Below, piece by piece: positions 53,483 through 64,000 of a stretch of DNA of 64,000 nt. Location of the stretch: assembly GCF_006345805.1 (NCBI RefSeq), contig NC_043006.1, positions 9,610,001 through 9,674,000 on the forward strand, given 5' to 3'. The position numbers were made by a program, and so were the translations under genes. Source of the stretch: Octopus sinensis. Taxonomy: Eukaryota. Every line of letters begins with the position of its first letter. Position 1 is the first letter of the stretch. The notes under the pieces are model-generated. The model was not told the origin of the DNA. It did no database searches and saw only the letters and a program-made list of their open reading frames with translations.

Positions 53483-53582
53483 NNNNNNNNNNNNNNNNNN
53501 NNNNNNNNNNNNNNNNNNNNNNNNNNNNNNNNNNNNNNNNNNNNNNNNNNNNNNNNNNNNNNNNNNNNNNNNNNNNNNNNNN
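53483..53582. other. Scaffold gap (100 N)
   Basis: Run of n; the round length suggests a placeholder of unknown size. Confidence 0.99.
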
Positions 53583-54206
53583 AGTAGGCTTAATATCAGT
53601 CTTGTAGAATGAATGATTAAATATTTCAGTTGAGGACAGGTAAAGTCAAATTGATCTTATTATAGTTTCCATAAACGGAAGATATCATATTTTTGTGTCT
53701 CATACAATGTTACGAAATTCAGACAATGTTATATAATACATACCATGTTATCTGTAATTATAATAATATACTTATAGCACATTCACTTTCTCGGATGTCA
53801 TGATTTGAAGAACGGATCAACGTAATATTTTAGGAATGAGATATTTGGGGCTTGTTTAAAATAGACTGAGCGCTTAACACTTTCACGTGATAACTTCTGT
53901 AAGTTTTAAGACAATTACTCATAGCAAAAGTGATATGAATAAATCAAAATCCATTTCATGCCTTTTATGGTGATATTTATCGTCATTTGTAAAAAGAAAC
54001 TAACAAAAGAATGTCCATCCCTTGAACTTTCCCATCCTATTCCTCGCACATTCTCATACAAACTACACACGCCTAGATTCGCGTGTAAATATACACGTGA
54101 ACGTGAATGGTATTCTAGCAACTCATAGACACTTAAATATAATTGCCAATAGAGCTTCACACATACAAACACGTATACACAGATATACAGATATGTAAAA
54201 CACATG

Positions 54207-54243
<37 letters not shown>

Positions 54244-54390
54244 ATACGTACATATACCCACGCATATATATACATTTTTCATTTACATTGACTTTATTTT
54301 GAGTTATATAACTTTTATTTATTTTTTTGTCAACTGGCGATTCCAGTTCTTTAGGATCGCACTGAATGGTATATGATAAATATCGTAATA

Positions 54391-54448
<58 letters not shown>

Positions 54449-54949
54449 TTTGGCATGGAATTTATAAACATTTTAATGAATCGCTACTCAAGTTTACATA
54501 GATTTTTTGTTCCTGAAGTTCATAGTCCGTATTCATGGGATGGTTACTGTGCCGCCCGTATTATCCATGGATATAGGCTAGGTCCTATTCTTGCATTCAT
54601 TTCTTCGGGTGATATTGCATTAATGGATATTTAACTGAGGGTTGTTTATAAAATTTTGACCAAGGAGAAGATTGATTGCGGTATCCGAGCATTTCTGGGT
54701 ATATTTAATGGTGAGGGGTGGATATTTATGGAAATAGAGGAAGGGATGATAGTTATAAGATGAATGAGGTGTGTGTGTGTGTGGTAAAATTGGATTTATT
54801 TTGCTATTTAAGTATGCAGATGTCAGGATGGCAAATATAGTTCTTTAGGTTGATTTTAATCACAGCAAGTCTGCCGTGAGTAAGAAGCATTTGAAGTGTG
54901 GAAACGCGCGTAGCGATACATTAGAATAGTTATTGATATCATACAAGAA

Positions 54950-54968
54950 TTATTATTATTTATAATTA

Positions 54969-55016
<48 letters not shown>

Positions 55017-55020
55017 GTAT

Positions 55021-55079
<59 letters not shown>
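54950..55079. repeat. (TAT)n(TAG)n microsatellite
   Basis: Directly visible. Confidence 0.95.
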
Positions 55080-55671
55080 AAATCCATGCAAATAACAATA
55101 CAGCGAATAAGTCTTGCAAAAAGAAATTAAAGAAATTTTGTTTGTTGAACCTACGTTCTCAAACAAGTATGTAAAGGGATATGACATCTACTTTATATAA
55201 ATCGATGATACTTATCCGATATTCATTAGTATCTATTATCCCTAGTTAAGTATTTCCATTCATTCAGTTACATATCATTGTGTAATTTCTTCTCTTTTGA
55301 TAATTTCGATAATAAACGGAGATGCTGGCGCAATTACGCATCTGTGAATCATTCAAACACATACATATATATGAGTATATATTCTGATTTTTCTTTCTAC
55401 AGATGGAAAATTTCCTAAGCGACTGGGAACGAGCACACACATATAATTCGGATTTGGACTATGTCTGTTAATGTGATTAATTATATTAAAGTACTCTACA
55501 AAATTCTCTCAAGTATCTCAATATCATACAGACAGAAAGATATGGGTTGTATGTCTACATCGAATGTTTTGGTGTGTACCCAGTGCAAAAATGCTCATAT
55601 AAACATATTTTCCTAGAGCAAATCACATCTCATCTATACCATGACGTATAAATATTTATGCGTGTGTTTGT

Positions 55672-55672
55672 G

Positions 55673-55714
<42 letters not shown>

Positions 55715-55743
55715 GAGATAGATAGACATAGATAGATAGATAG

Positions 55744-55795
<52 letters not shown>

Positions 55796-55796
55796 C

Positions 55797-55870
<74 letters not shown>
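55672..55870. repeat. (GATA)n microsatellite
   Basis: Directly visible. Confidence 0.95.
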
Positions 55871-55965
55871 TTATCGCTTGTTTCAGTCATTAGACTGTCA
55901 CCACGAAGGGACACCGCTTTGCAAAAGTTTTAGTCATTTATAAACCTCAGTACTTCTTTATGTTT

Positions 55966-56372
55966 TATATATGTCGAAGCCTAGTTTGCAGATCTTAAAA
56001 CAGAAAAACAATAATTACTCACTTCAGTGTAGAGATTTAATATTCTTTCTGAAAAATCCCTGTTTTTTTTTTGTTGTTGTTGTTGTTTGTTTTGAAACCT
56101 GGGTTTACTTAAGCAGGGTTTGCTGGAGATGGAAAATGGTTGAGGGGGGAAGTAAACCTTCCCCATCTAGAGATGGCGGGGATATTTTTGCATAATTATT
56201 CATCTGCAAGCTCTGATTCGACGGAGAGATATTAATATATTTTTATGCAATCGTTTTAATGTATATTGTCATGTATTTGTTCAATTATATTATTGGAAAA
56301 TATCTATCAAGTCCTGAATATTAGGAAATAAAAGAGAAAATGCATTGAGAAAAGCTGATCTGATTAATGTGT
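55966..56372 (+). repeat. ~420-bp direct repeat, copy 2
   Basis: Aligns with 49079-49497. Confidence 0.85.
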
Positions 56373-56906
56373 ATAGTACTTCTTTATATGTTATACACTG
56401 GTTCTTAATTTATCTGTCTCTTTTGTCGAACCGCTCAGTACGGAGATGTAAACAAACACTCGTATATACGACACCCTTCTTTGAATTTCCATCACCGAAA
56501 TTCACTCCCTAGAATTTGCTTTGCTCGAGGCCATAGTAGAAGACACATGCCCACATTTCCACCACAGTGAGACTGCATCTGCATATAAAGGGATGCATAT
56601 ACCTATATATATATACCAGTTAGGTGCAAAAATATCAGGGTGAATACTTGATAACTGTAAGCACCTGTATATGCCAGCTAGTGGTATAGATGATAGGATA
56701 TATGTATCAAAAGAAAAACAGGGCGCAAAGGATTCTGTGGTACATATGTTTCAGGCTTTATTGAACAACTTATATCTATGCATAAATTATATATCAGGTA
56801 GGTCAAAAGCCTTCTTCAGCCGCGTACATTTACCACAACAAGGACATGCATCACATTATAGCAGGTTTGAGAAAAAGTTTAGACACACATAAATATATAT
56901 ATATAT

Positions 56907-57135
56907 ACTCTTTTACTTGTTTCAATCATTTGACTGCGGCCATGCGGGAGCATCACCTTCAGTCGAGCAAATCGACCCCGGGACTTAATCTTTGTTAGCC
57001 CAGTACTTATTCTATCTGTCTCTTTTGCCGAACTGCTAAGTGACGGGGACATAAACCCACCAGCATCGGTTGTCAAGCAATGGTAGGGGGACAAACACAC
57101 ACACCCAATCACACACACACACACACACACACCAC

Positions 57136-57233
<98 letters not shown>

Positions 57234-57362
57234 TTATACGAACGACAGGCTTCTTTCAGTTCCCGTCTACCAAATCCACTCACAAGGCTTTGGTCGGCCC
57301 GGGGCTATAGCAGAAGACACTTGTTCAAGATGCCACGCAGTGGGACTGAACCCGCAACCATG
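56907..57362 (-). mobile_element. Family B SINE, head interrupted by (TA)n
   Basis: cttttacttgtttcaatcatttgactgcggccatg...gcagtgggactgaacccgcaaccatg; a further decayed fragment lies at 56395-56580. Confidence 0.9.
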
Positions 57363-57375
57363 CCTATATATATAT

Positions 57376-57417
<42 letters not shown>

Positions 57418-58000
57418 CATATATACATATATCTGTGTGTTTGTATGTGCAAGTGAGTCATTTTGAAGCGAAGTAAATACATCTGCTCTTAAGAATTTAT
57501 GACTCCCCTCAGTAGTAAGCACCGTTTCTTCCACACTAACCTGTTCCTACACATTCTTGATTAAGTAGCTTTTAATATTGCCCGAGTAAGCATGTTGTCG
57601 TTTACGTTACAATCTGATAGTTTAGTCACACAGAATACTCGAGTAACGTATCTCAATGCTAGCAGGAATATGTGTTGCTTCAGCTATTCTTTGCATATCA
57701 TTCTTTTGCACAACCTTTGTGGAATGCAGTCATATAAGAAATATCGAATTTAGAATCTGGTAACACATTGTAAATATGCTACTGTTTTGGAAATTGCAGG
57801 CTGAGTGCATGTGTGTTTTGTTAAATAAAGCAACTTCCACTCTATCAGTGATGTATCTCACAATTTCTCAAGCGATGAAATGAAAAACTCTTCTACGCTT
57901 GCAGCTGTAGAAGATCAAGATATTCCTGACAGCTGTCATATAATTCATTATAGAAGTCCCATAAAGTAAGTTCTAGAAACATACGCAAGCATTGTGAGTG

Positions 58001-58052
<52 letters not shown>

Positions 58053-58066
58053 TGTGTGTGTGTGGT

Positions 58067-58101
<35 letters not shown>

Positions 58102-58458
58102 ATGTGTGCCGCGAGTGTGCTTTTATGTATGCACAGGTGTGTGTATGTGTATATATATATATTATATAATATATATATATATATATATAATATTGAGTAT
58201 GTGTGTCTGTGTGTGCATATATTAAGAGATAGACAAGTAGACAGATAGATAGGTAGGTAGATATTTAATATGTTCAAGGGGTAACCAAATCTTCCCATAC
58301 GCTGATTTGAGTTAAGCAGGCTATTAAAATGTCGAGGATGGTTTCTGTTAATCAAATTGAGTAATCTATCTAACTGCCGATGACAGGGGTAAAGAAAATC
58401 AAAATGAATCGTTCCAAGTTTTCTAAAGTAGAAACTATTTAATCATCATCAAGAGAGT

Positions 58459-58508
58459 ATGTTTCCAATCGATAATTCGCTGTTGTTGCTATTTTTCATT
58501 TTGGGCAG
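58459..58508 (+). CDS. Candidate first coding exon, signal-peptide-like
   Basis: agtATG after an in-frame stop; MFPIDNSLLLLFFILG then ag|GTAATA. Confidence 0.3.
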
Positions 58509-58772
58509 GTAATACAAACTAAGGAATATATTTTTTCCTATATTGGAAAGTGAGCTTAAACTATTACAACACACACACACGGGTCTATTGATTGACTAAC
58601 ATCTTAGTGAGAATTCATAAACAAATCAAGACGAAGATCGAAGGCAGCACAGTAAATCAGGAAATAAACACAAAACAGCAAAATTAGGAGAGAATATCGA
58701 TCGGAGAAAAGCGCTTGTCTTTTAGAGTTTCTAATTTGATTCTGTTTTAGCTTTTTGCTTTTTTTTTCTTAG

Positions 58773-58784
58773 GACAGGGCAGCG
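58773..58784 (+). CDS. Candidate 12-nt microexon
   Basis: ttctgttttagctttttgctttttttttcttAG-gacagggcagcg-GTAAGT; near-ideal splice sites, frame-preserving length. Confidence 0.5.
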
Positions 58785-59698
58785 GTAAGTGTATATTTTG
58801 AATTTTGGTTAAAACGTATCTAAAACTTGCAGTTCGATAATATCAGCAAATTTGGCAATAATATGACTACAGTTTATTGGCTAGTGAATGTGTCAGGTAA
58901 AACCTACCTATGGGCATTCGGTTTCTGGTTTTGCATTATATTACAATTACCCCCGCAATACTATAAATCACTGTAGAAACGCATAATGATATTTTACAAC
59001 GAGGCATATTATGTAACTTAAATTTTTGAACCTGCAGAAAGAAATGTCTTTTTAACTCTTAGACATAACAATTATTTTCTGTTCGGCAATATATTAAATA
59101 AAAAGCTGTTCGTTAGCGTAGTATGTTTCAATCACCCCTATTATTGTCATGTTACATGCTAGCAGTACAGAAATAGCAAATATATTTTAAAGACACCAAG
59201 TTATATACGATGTAGATTGGTATGTGGTATACTAATAAAAGTATTACTTGAAAGATACTAGAAAAGTTTATAGCAGATTCTATGGAGTGAAATAACAGGA
59301 TTCGGACTATTGCAGGTTTATAATATACTTTCAAGTTCTTCTCCTTTCGTTCAGCTCTTTTGGTGTTCAATAATATTTTCTGTTTAGTTTGTTAAATTTG
59401 CAATTGCTTACTGCCGTTTTTTTTTTTCACTTCAATCTTTCTGCAAACATAGGAACAGACGCTGCATTTCATCATCTTTAGCACATTTTCATTTGCACAC
59501 ACATGACATACAAACATTGAAGTAGTCAGCAAAACATGGAACTTTACTATATTGCGAGTTTCTGATGAAAACGTGTTATTACGATTTGATACATATTATA
59601 CTATAGAAGAAAATACAAATATATTGCTAACTCGCCTCTCTGCAGGTGTGCATATATAAACTACAGGGAGAACGAAAGATATAGTAATACATACACAC

Positions 59699-59743
<45 letters not shown>

Positions 59744-59749
59744 ATATAT

Positions 59750-59900
59750 AATCCGTTCTGTCTGTCTGTTGTGTGTCCTCTAGGATCTCGGGCATCCTCC
59801 ATCCGATTGCTCAGGGCGTGTATATAGGCTTGGAAAAATTACAAGAATCGATTCCAGGTGAGAATTCGATCGATAAAGCTGTGGGAACGTGCATTTATAA
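59750..59900 (+). mobile_element. Possible non-autonomous Helitron/DINE-like 5' fragment
   Basis: tccgttctgtctgtctg...ggatctcgggcatcctccatccgattgctc next to (TA)n; resemblance only, no 3' hairpin seen. Confidence 0.35.
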
Positions 59901-60122
59901 AATCATTCTTCTTGGAATAGAAATAAGTCTATCTTTTTTTCTTCTTTTGCTGGTATCTCAAATTTAGATTAAATCAGTGTTTCTCAAAATGGAGGCCTAT
60001 GGGAGGGTCGGACAACTTGTGTTGAGAAAATTTGGTATAAATGTTTGACAACTCAGCACCGCCCATTGGGCGGGGGGACGGGGGACGTTTTGCTCGTATA
60101 CATATGTATGTATGTATGTATG

Positions 60123-60167
<45 letters not shown>

Positions 60168-61059
60168 ACATATGCGCATATATATATGCAACCCACACAC
60201 GCATATATATATATATATACACATATATACGCATTATATTATATGGATATGTATACATATACCCACTCACACATATACACATGCGTACACAGAATTATAT
60301 ATATGAACATAGGTGTGGGTGCGTGCGTGTGCGCGTTTGTGTATATGCGTTCATGAGTGTGTGTGTGTGTGTGCTTGTACATGTGTATATATTTATGTAT
60401 GTATTTGCTATGGTTCACCTAATTTGCATTTCTAATGCTCGCAGTATTTCGATAAATTATCTGAATGTATATATGTGTATAATGACTGCGTTGGTGATCA
60501 AATTTTTGACTATATCCTATACATTAACTAAAATATCTAGCGTAAAAAGCAAAGTTTAATTGCAGGAACATGCTATAACATGGACTTGTGTGTATCCACA
60601 TTACTCTTCTGGCAATTTCCATCACAGTTTTCTGTTAAAAATACTTTCGTTTTTTAAACTTACGTAAAGTTCAGTTATTTATAGAGAGTCAGGACAATAG
60701 AGAGCGCTCGTGACTACCTCAATGACTTCGTGGTGTAGTGAAGTAAATTGACTTCAACTCATAATTGAAAGCTTTTGCATGGGCAAATCGCCAAGAGATT
60801 ACTTATTATACCTGAAAGTTTCTATTCTCATGTTTAAAGGATATAGCTGTAGCATGAAAAGCAGTAAGGACATAGTCACACTGTACATTCCTGGTAAATA
60901 AGCTAATGATATGTTGTCAGTATATACACATATATGTTCATATATATACATACATACATATGTGTGTGCATATATATATGTATAAGTACATAGATGTATA
61001 TGTGAATATAATATATATATATATATATATATATTAAATTTATGTATATATAGATAGAT

Positions 61060-61143
61060 ACAGATATCGATATGGATAGGTAGATAGATAGATAGGTAGA
61101 TAGATAGATAGATAAATAGATAGTTAGACAGACAGATAGATAA

Positions 61144-61193
<50 letters not shown>

Positions 61194-61252
61194 GGAGAGA
61201 TAGATAGATAGATAGATAGATAGGTAAATAGATAGATAGATAGATAGATAGC

Positions 61253-61330
<78 letters not shown>
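61060..61330. repeat. Compound (GATA)n/(TA)n/(GA)n microsatellite
   Basis: Directly visible. Confidence 0.95.
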
Positions 61331-61331
<1 letters not shown>

Positions 61332-62403
61332 TTGTGTGTATATTACACTTACATACATATATACGTTCTGTGCATACATGTATACGCTTATATACATATA
61401 TGAAACAATGCTCCTAAAAACCTTCTTAATTTTATTATATTGTGCCAAAGGGCGAAAGATTAACTTTCGTCTGATAATTTATTTGCAAAATAAAGAGTAA
61501 GCGAAAATAAAGAGCAAATAACATGTGTCCGTCAAACTACGAAAAAAAACTCGTACAAGAGTTTACATTAAAATCCGTCCATTTCGTGGCTAATCAGATA
61601 TTCAATGTATATGAAATGTAAAATCGGCTTTCGCCAAAATATCTGATTCAAGTTTGTGTAGGCATATGGCCGGAAATGATGTCAAAAGTGTCGCTCGAGT
61701 TGGAATACCATCATGCAGTGTAGTCAGCTAAGGATTCATGCTTAGAAAATGATTAAGGACAATCAGTACGTGACGGTAACCCGACGCATTTGATAAATTC
61801 GCACCCATCCGTCCACTATCACTTTAACTTTTTCCTATGCATGCAAGCTGAAAGCAAACAAATTCTATCTTCCTTTCGTTGATTGCGTTTTACACAGGTA
61901 AAACGAAAAACAACTATTCATTTCCGTTCGAAAATGATTCAGAATTGATTTTTAGGTATAAATGATGCCATGCAGGCGACATTCAACTATTCTTATCTTC
62001 TTTCAATACAATTTATTATATTTAGCTTTCCTAATCTGTTTTCTCGTATTGCTTTCAAAGAATTCCTCAACATTTCCCTCGCATACTTTTGTACAAGTAA
62101 AACTTAAAGATATCTTAGATAAAAGTTAAAGTGTCTTTTTTAAACAAAATGAAAAAAAAAAACCAACAAAAATTAAGAAATAACTCAAAGTTATTAACGA
62201 CTTGAACTTCTCCCAAAAAAGTATAAATCATGTTAAATTTATCTTACATTTTCTTAAGTGCTTCTCATTTACACTTCTCGCTTACTGTCACCATTTCGAT
62301 CAAACTGTAGGACCGAATGTATATGAATATAACCATAGGAAAATAAACTGTTTATAAAAGATATAGATTTTAATGTCCGTACACATTTAGTTACTTTCGT
62401 TCT

Positions 62404-62543
62404 TCTTTTCTTCTTCTTCTTCTTCTTCTTCTTCTTCTTCTTCTTCTTCTTCTTCTTCTTCTTCTTCTTCTCTTCTTCTTCTTCTTCTTCTTCTTCTTCT
62501 TCTTCTTCTTCTTCTTCTTCTTCTTCTTCTTCTTCCTCCTCTT
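62404..62543. repeat. (TTC)n microsatellite
   Basis: Directly visible. Confidence 0.95.
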
Positions 62544-64000
62544 CGCTACCAAGAATTCACAAGGACCTCGAACCCAAAAGAGTAAACAAGAGAGAAAGAG
62601 ACTAGCAGAAACAAGGAAAACGCCACTTGTGTTTGAACACTATACACATATTTTTTTTTTATTTCATTTAATTTTTCTAAATTTAATTGTTTAATTGTTA
62701 CAGTTGAAAAAGTCTCAATGACTGAAACTGGTACTGAAATGATTTTTATAAAATTATTATAGCATTTTCTATCTTGACTTTTTTTCCATATATATATATA
62801 ATATATATGTGTGTGTGGTGTGTGTGTGTGTGTGTGTGTGTGTGCCCGCGCGTGTGTATGTGTGTGTGTGTATGTATGTATATATATATACATAATAGCG
62901 ACAGAAGCATTATTAGTTCTAGCCAATCTAATATCTAGGATGGAGACATAAAATGAAGGAGGGAAGTCACAACAGCAATACGTATTGAGAAATGTTTAAA
63001 TAGACTTCGTAGATTACTGGTTGATGTCTTAGAGAAATCACATTATTGTTGGTGATACCGCATTCTATATGACATGTGCTTGCGACTAAGGGTCATGTGA
63101 TGACGACATACCCTCGATGTGAAATAGGTTCCCAGCCTCTGTATCATGGATGGTTATGAGAACAACTCCTAACGAAAGCCAGAGCTTCCTTCGAGCACAA
63201 CATAAAATGTATTAAGAAAAAGTGCTATTTAGATATACTTTTATTTTAGTTGTTAACACTAGTTTACTCTTCTTTATCATCTCATACATTCAAAGTTCAC
63301 AAATTTCCTTATTTATATTATGAATCATATATCTTTCGAAACTATCAATATGATTACAGAACTTCTATGCAGACGATGTTTTCGCAGATTTGTCGGAACC
63401 AATTTTCAAATTACTGGAGTGCGTTGCTCTGCTCATAACGATGTATAACTGGCCGCGTATAAACAGAGGAGTAGGAAAAATGCACCTACGCAATCTAAAG
63501 TTTGGCCCTGCGTCTTGTTTGCTGTGAATGCGCGGGTGGGATCTTTATGGGGGCAAAAAAGAGGCAACCTAAGACATACGTCTCATTGTTCTATGCAAAA
63601 AATATCTGGATGATATGGTGTCGTGGGCTAGTTTGATTGAAAAAAAAAGAGATATAAACAACAGCCGCTTCGATTACCCGTTTCGAATCCTGCTCGACAC
63701 TAACACATTTCAATAACCACTAACTAACACGCACTTTTTCCATTTTACTTTTGCTATTAATCAGCCTTCGTATCTACGATGAGGCCCCTAACTATACGAT
63801 GAAAATCCAGAGTTTCTCCTGGTTGGTGAATTTTTAATAAAAATGCTATCGTGGTTCATCAGTTCAAAAATCGATATCCGCGAAATAATCACACTTTCTG
63901 ATTTTTTAATGTTAAAACCTTTCTGACGACAGTCTTTGTAATCCCGAAAATATCGTAACCATTGGTCCAACCGTCTGGCTGTGATGAGGGAACATACAAA

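Noticed and set aside
55403-55471. Possible terminal exon MENFLSDWERAHTYNSDLDYVC* after a strong acceptor
   Set aside because: Acceptor only; no linkable upstream exon or homology, so too weak to call
59975-60030. hAT-type TIR start cagtgtttctcaaa
   Set aside because: No convincing second TIR or 8-bp target-site duplication found

Overview
AT-rich, repeat-dominated animal genomic DNA. The SINE, LINE and microsatellite families look like those of an octopod cephalopod (Octopus); this is recognition from memory, not a database result. No long intact host ORF is present, and most ORFs in the supplied track are translated microsatellites. The window holds tRNA-derived SINEs of several families, CR1/L2-, Tx1/L1-, RTE- and R4/Dong-like LINE fragments, a decayed mariner, a Gypsy gag remnant, two Penelope-like (PLE) RT/GIY-YIG fragments, a 100-N scaffold gap and a few candidate small + strand exons. 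The main signal is a set of hammerhead-ribozyme (HHR) motifs in at least five unrelated TA-embedded elements. The best is a ~360-bp tandem array at 28585-30422, about three copies on the - strand joined back-to-back to about two on the + strand. Its units carry a type I HHR fold with a rare U3-A8 core, making it a candidate non-LTR retrozyme (small circRNA) system. It is flanked by two other HHR families, one with an A3-U8 core. Several of these elements share the outward-pointing inverted architecture of the PLE at 49.6-51.4 kb, which suggests a common PLE-driven mobilisation route. All ribozyme calls are hand-folded and untested.
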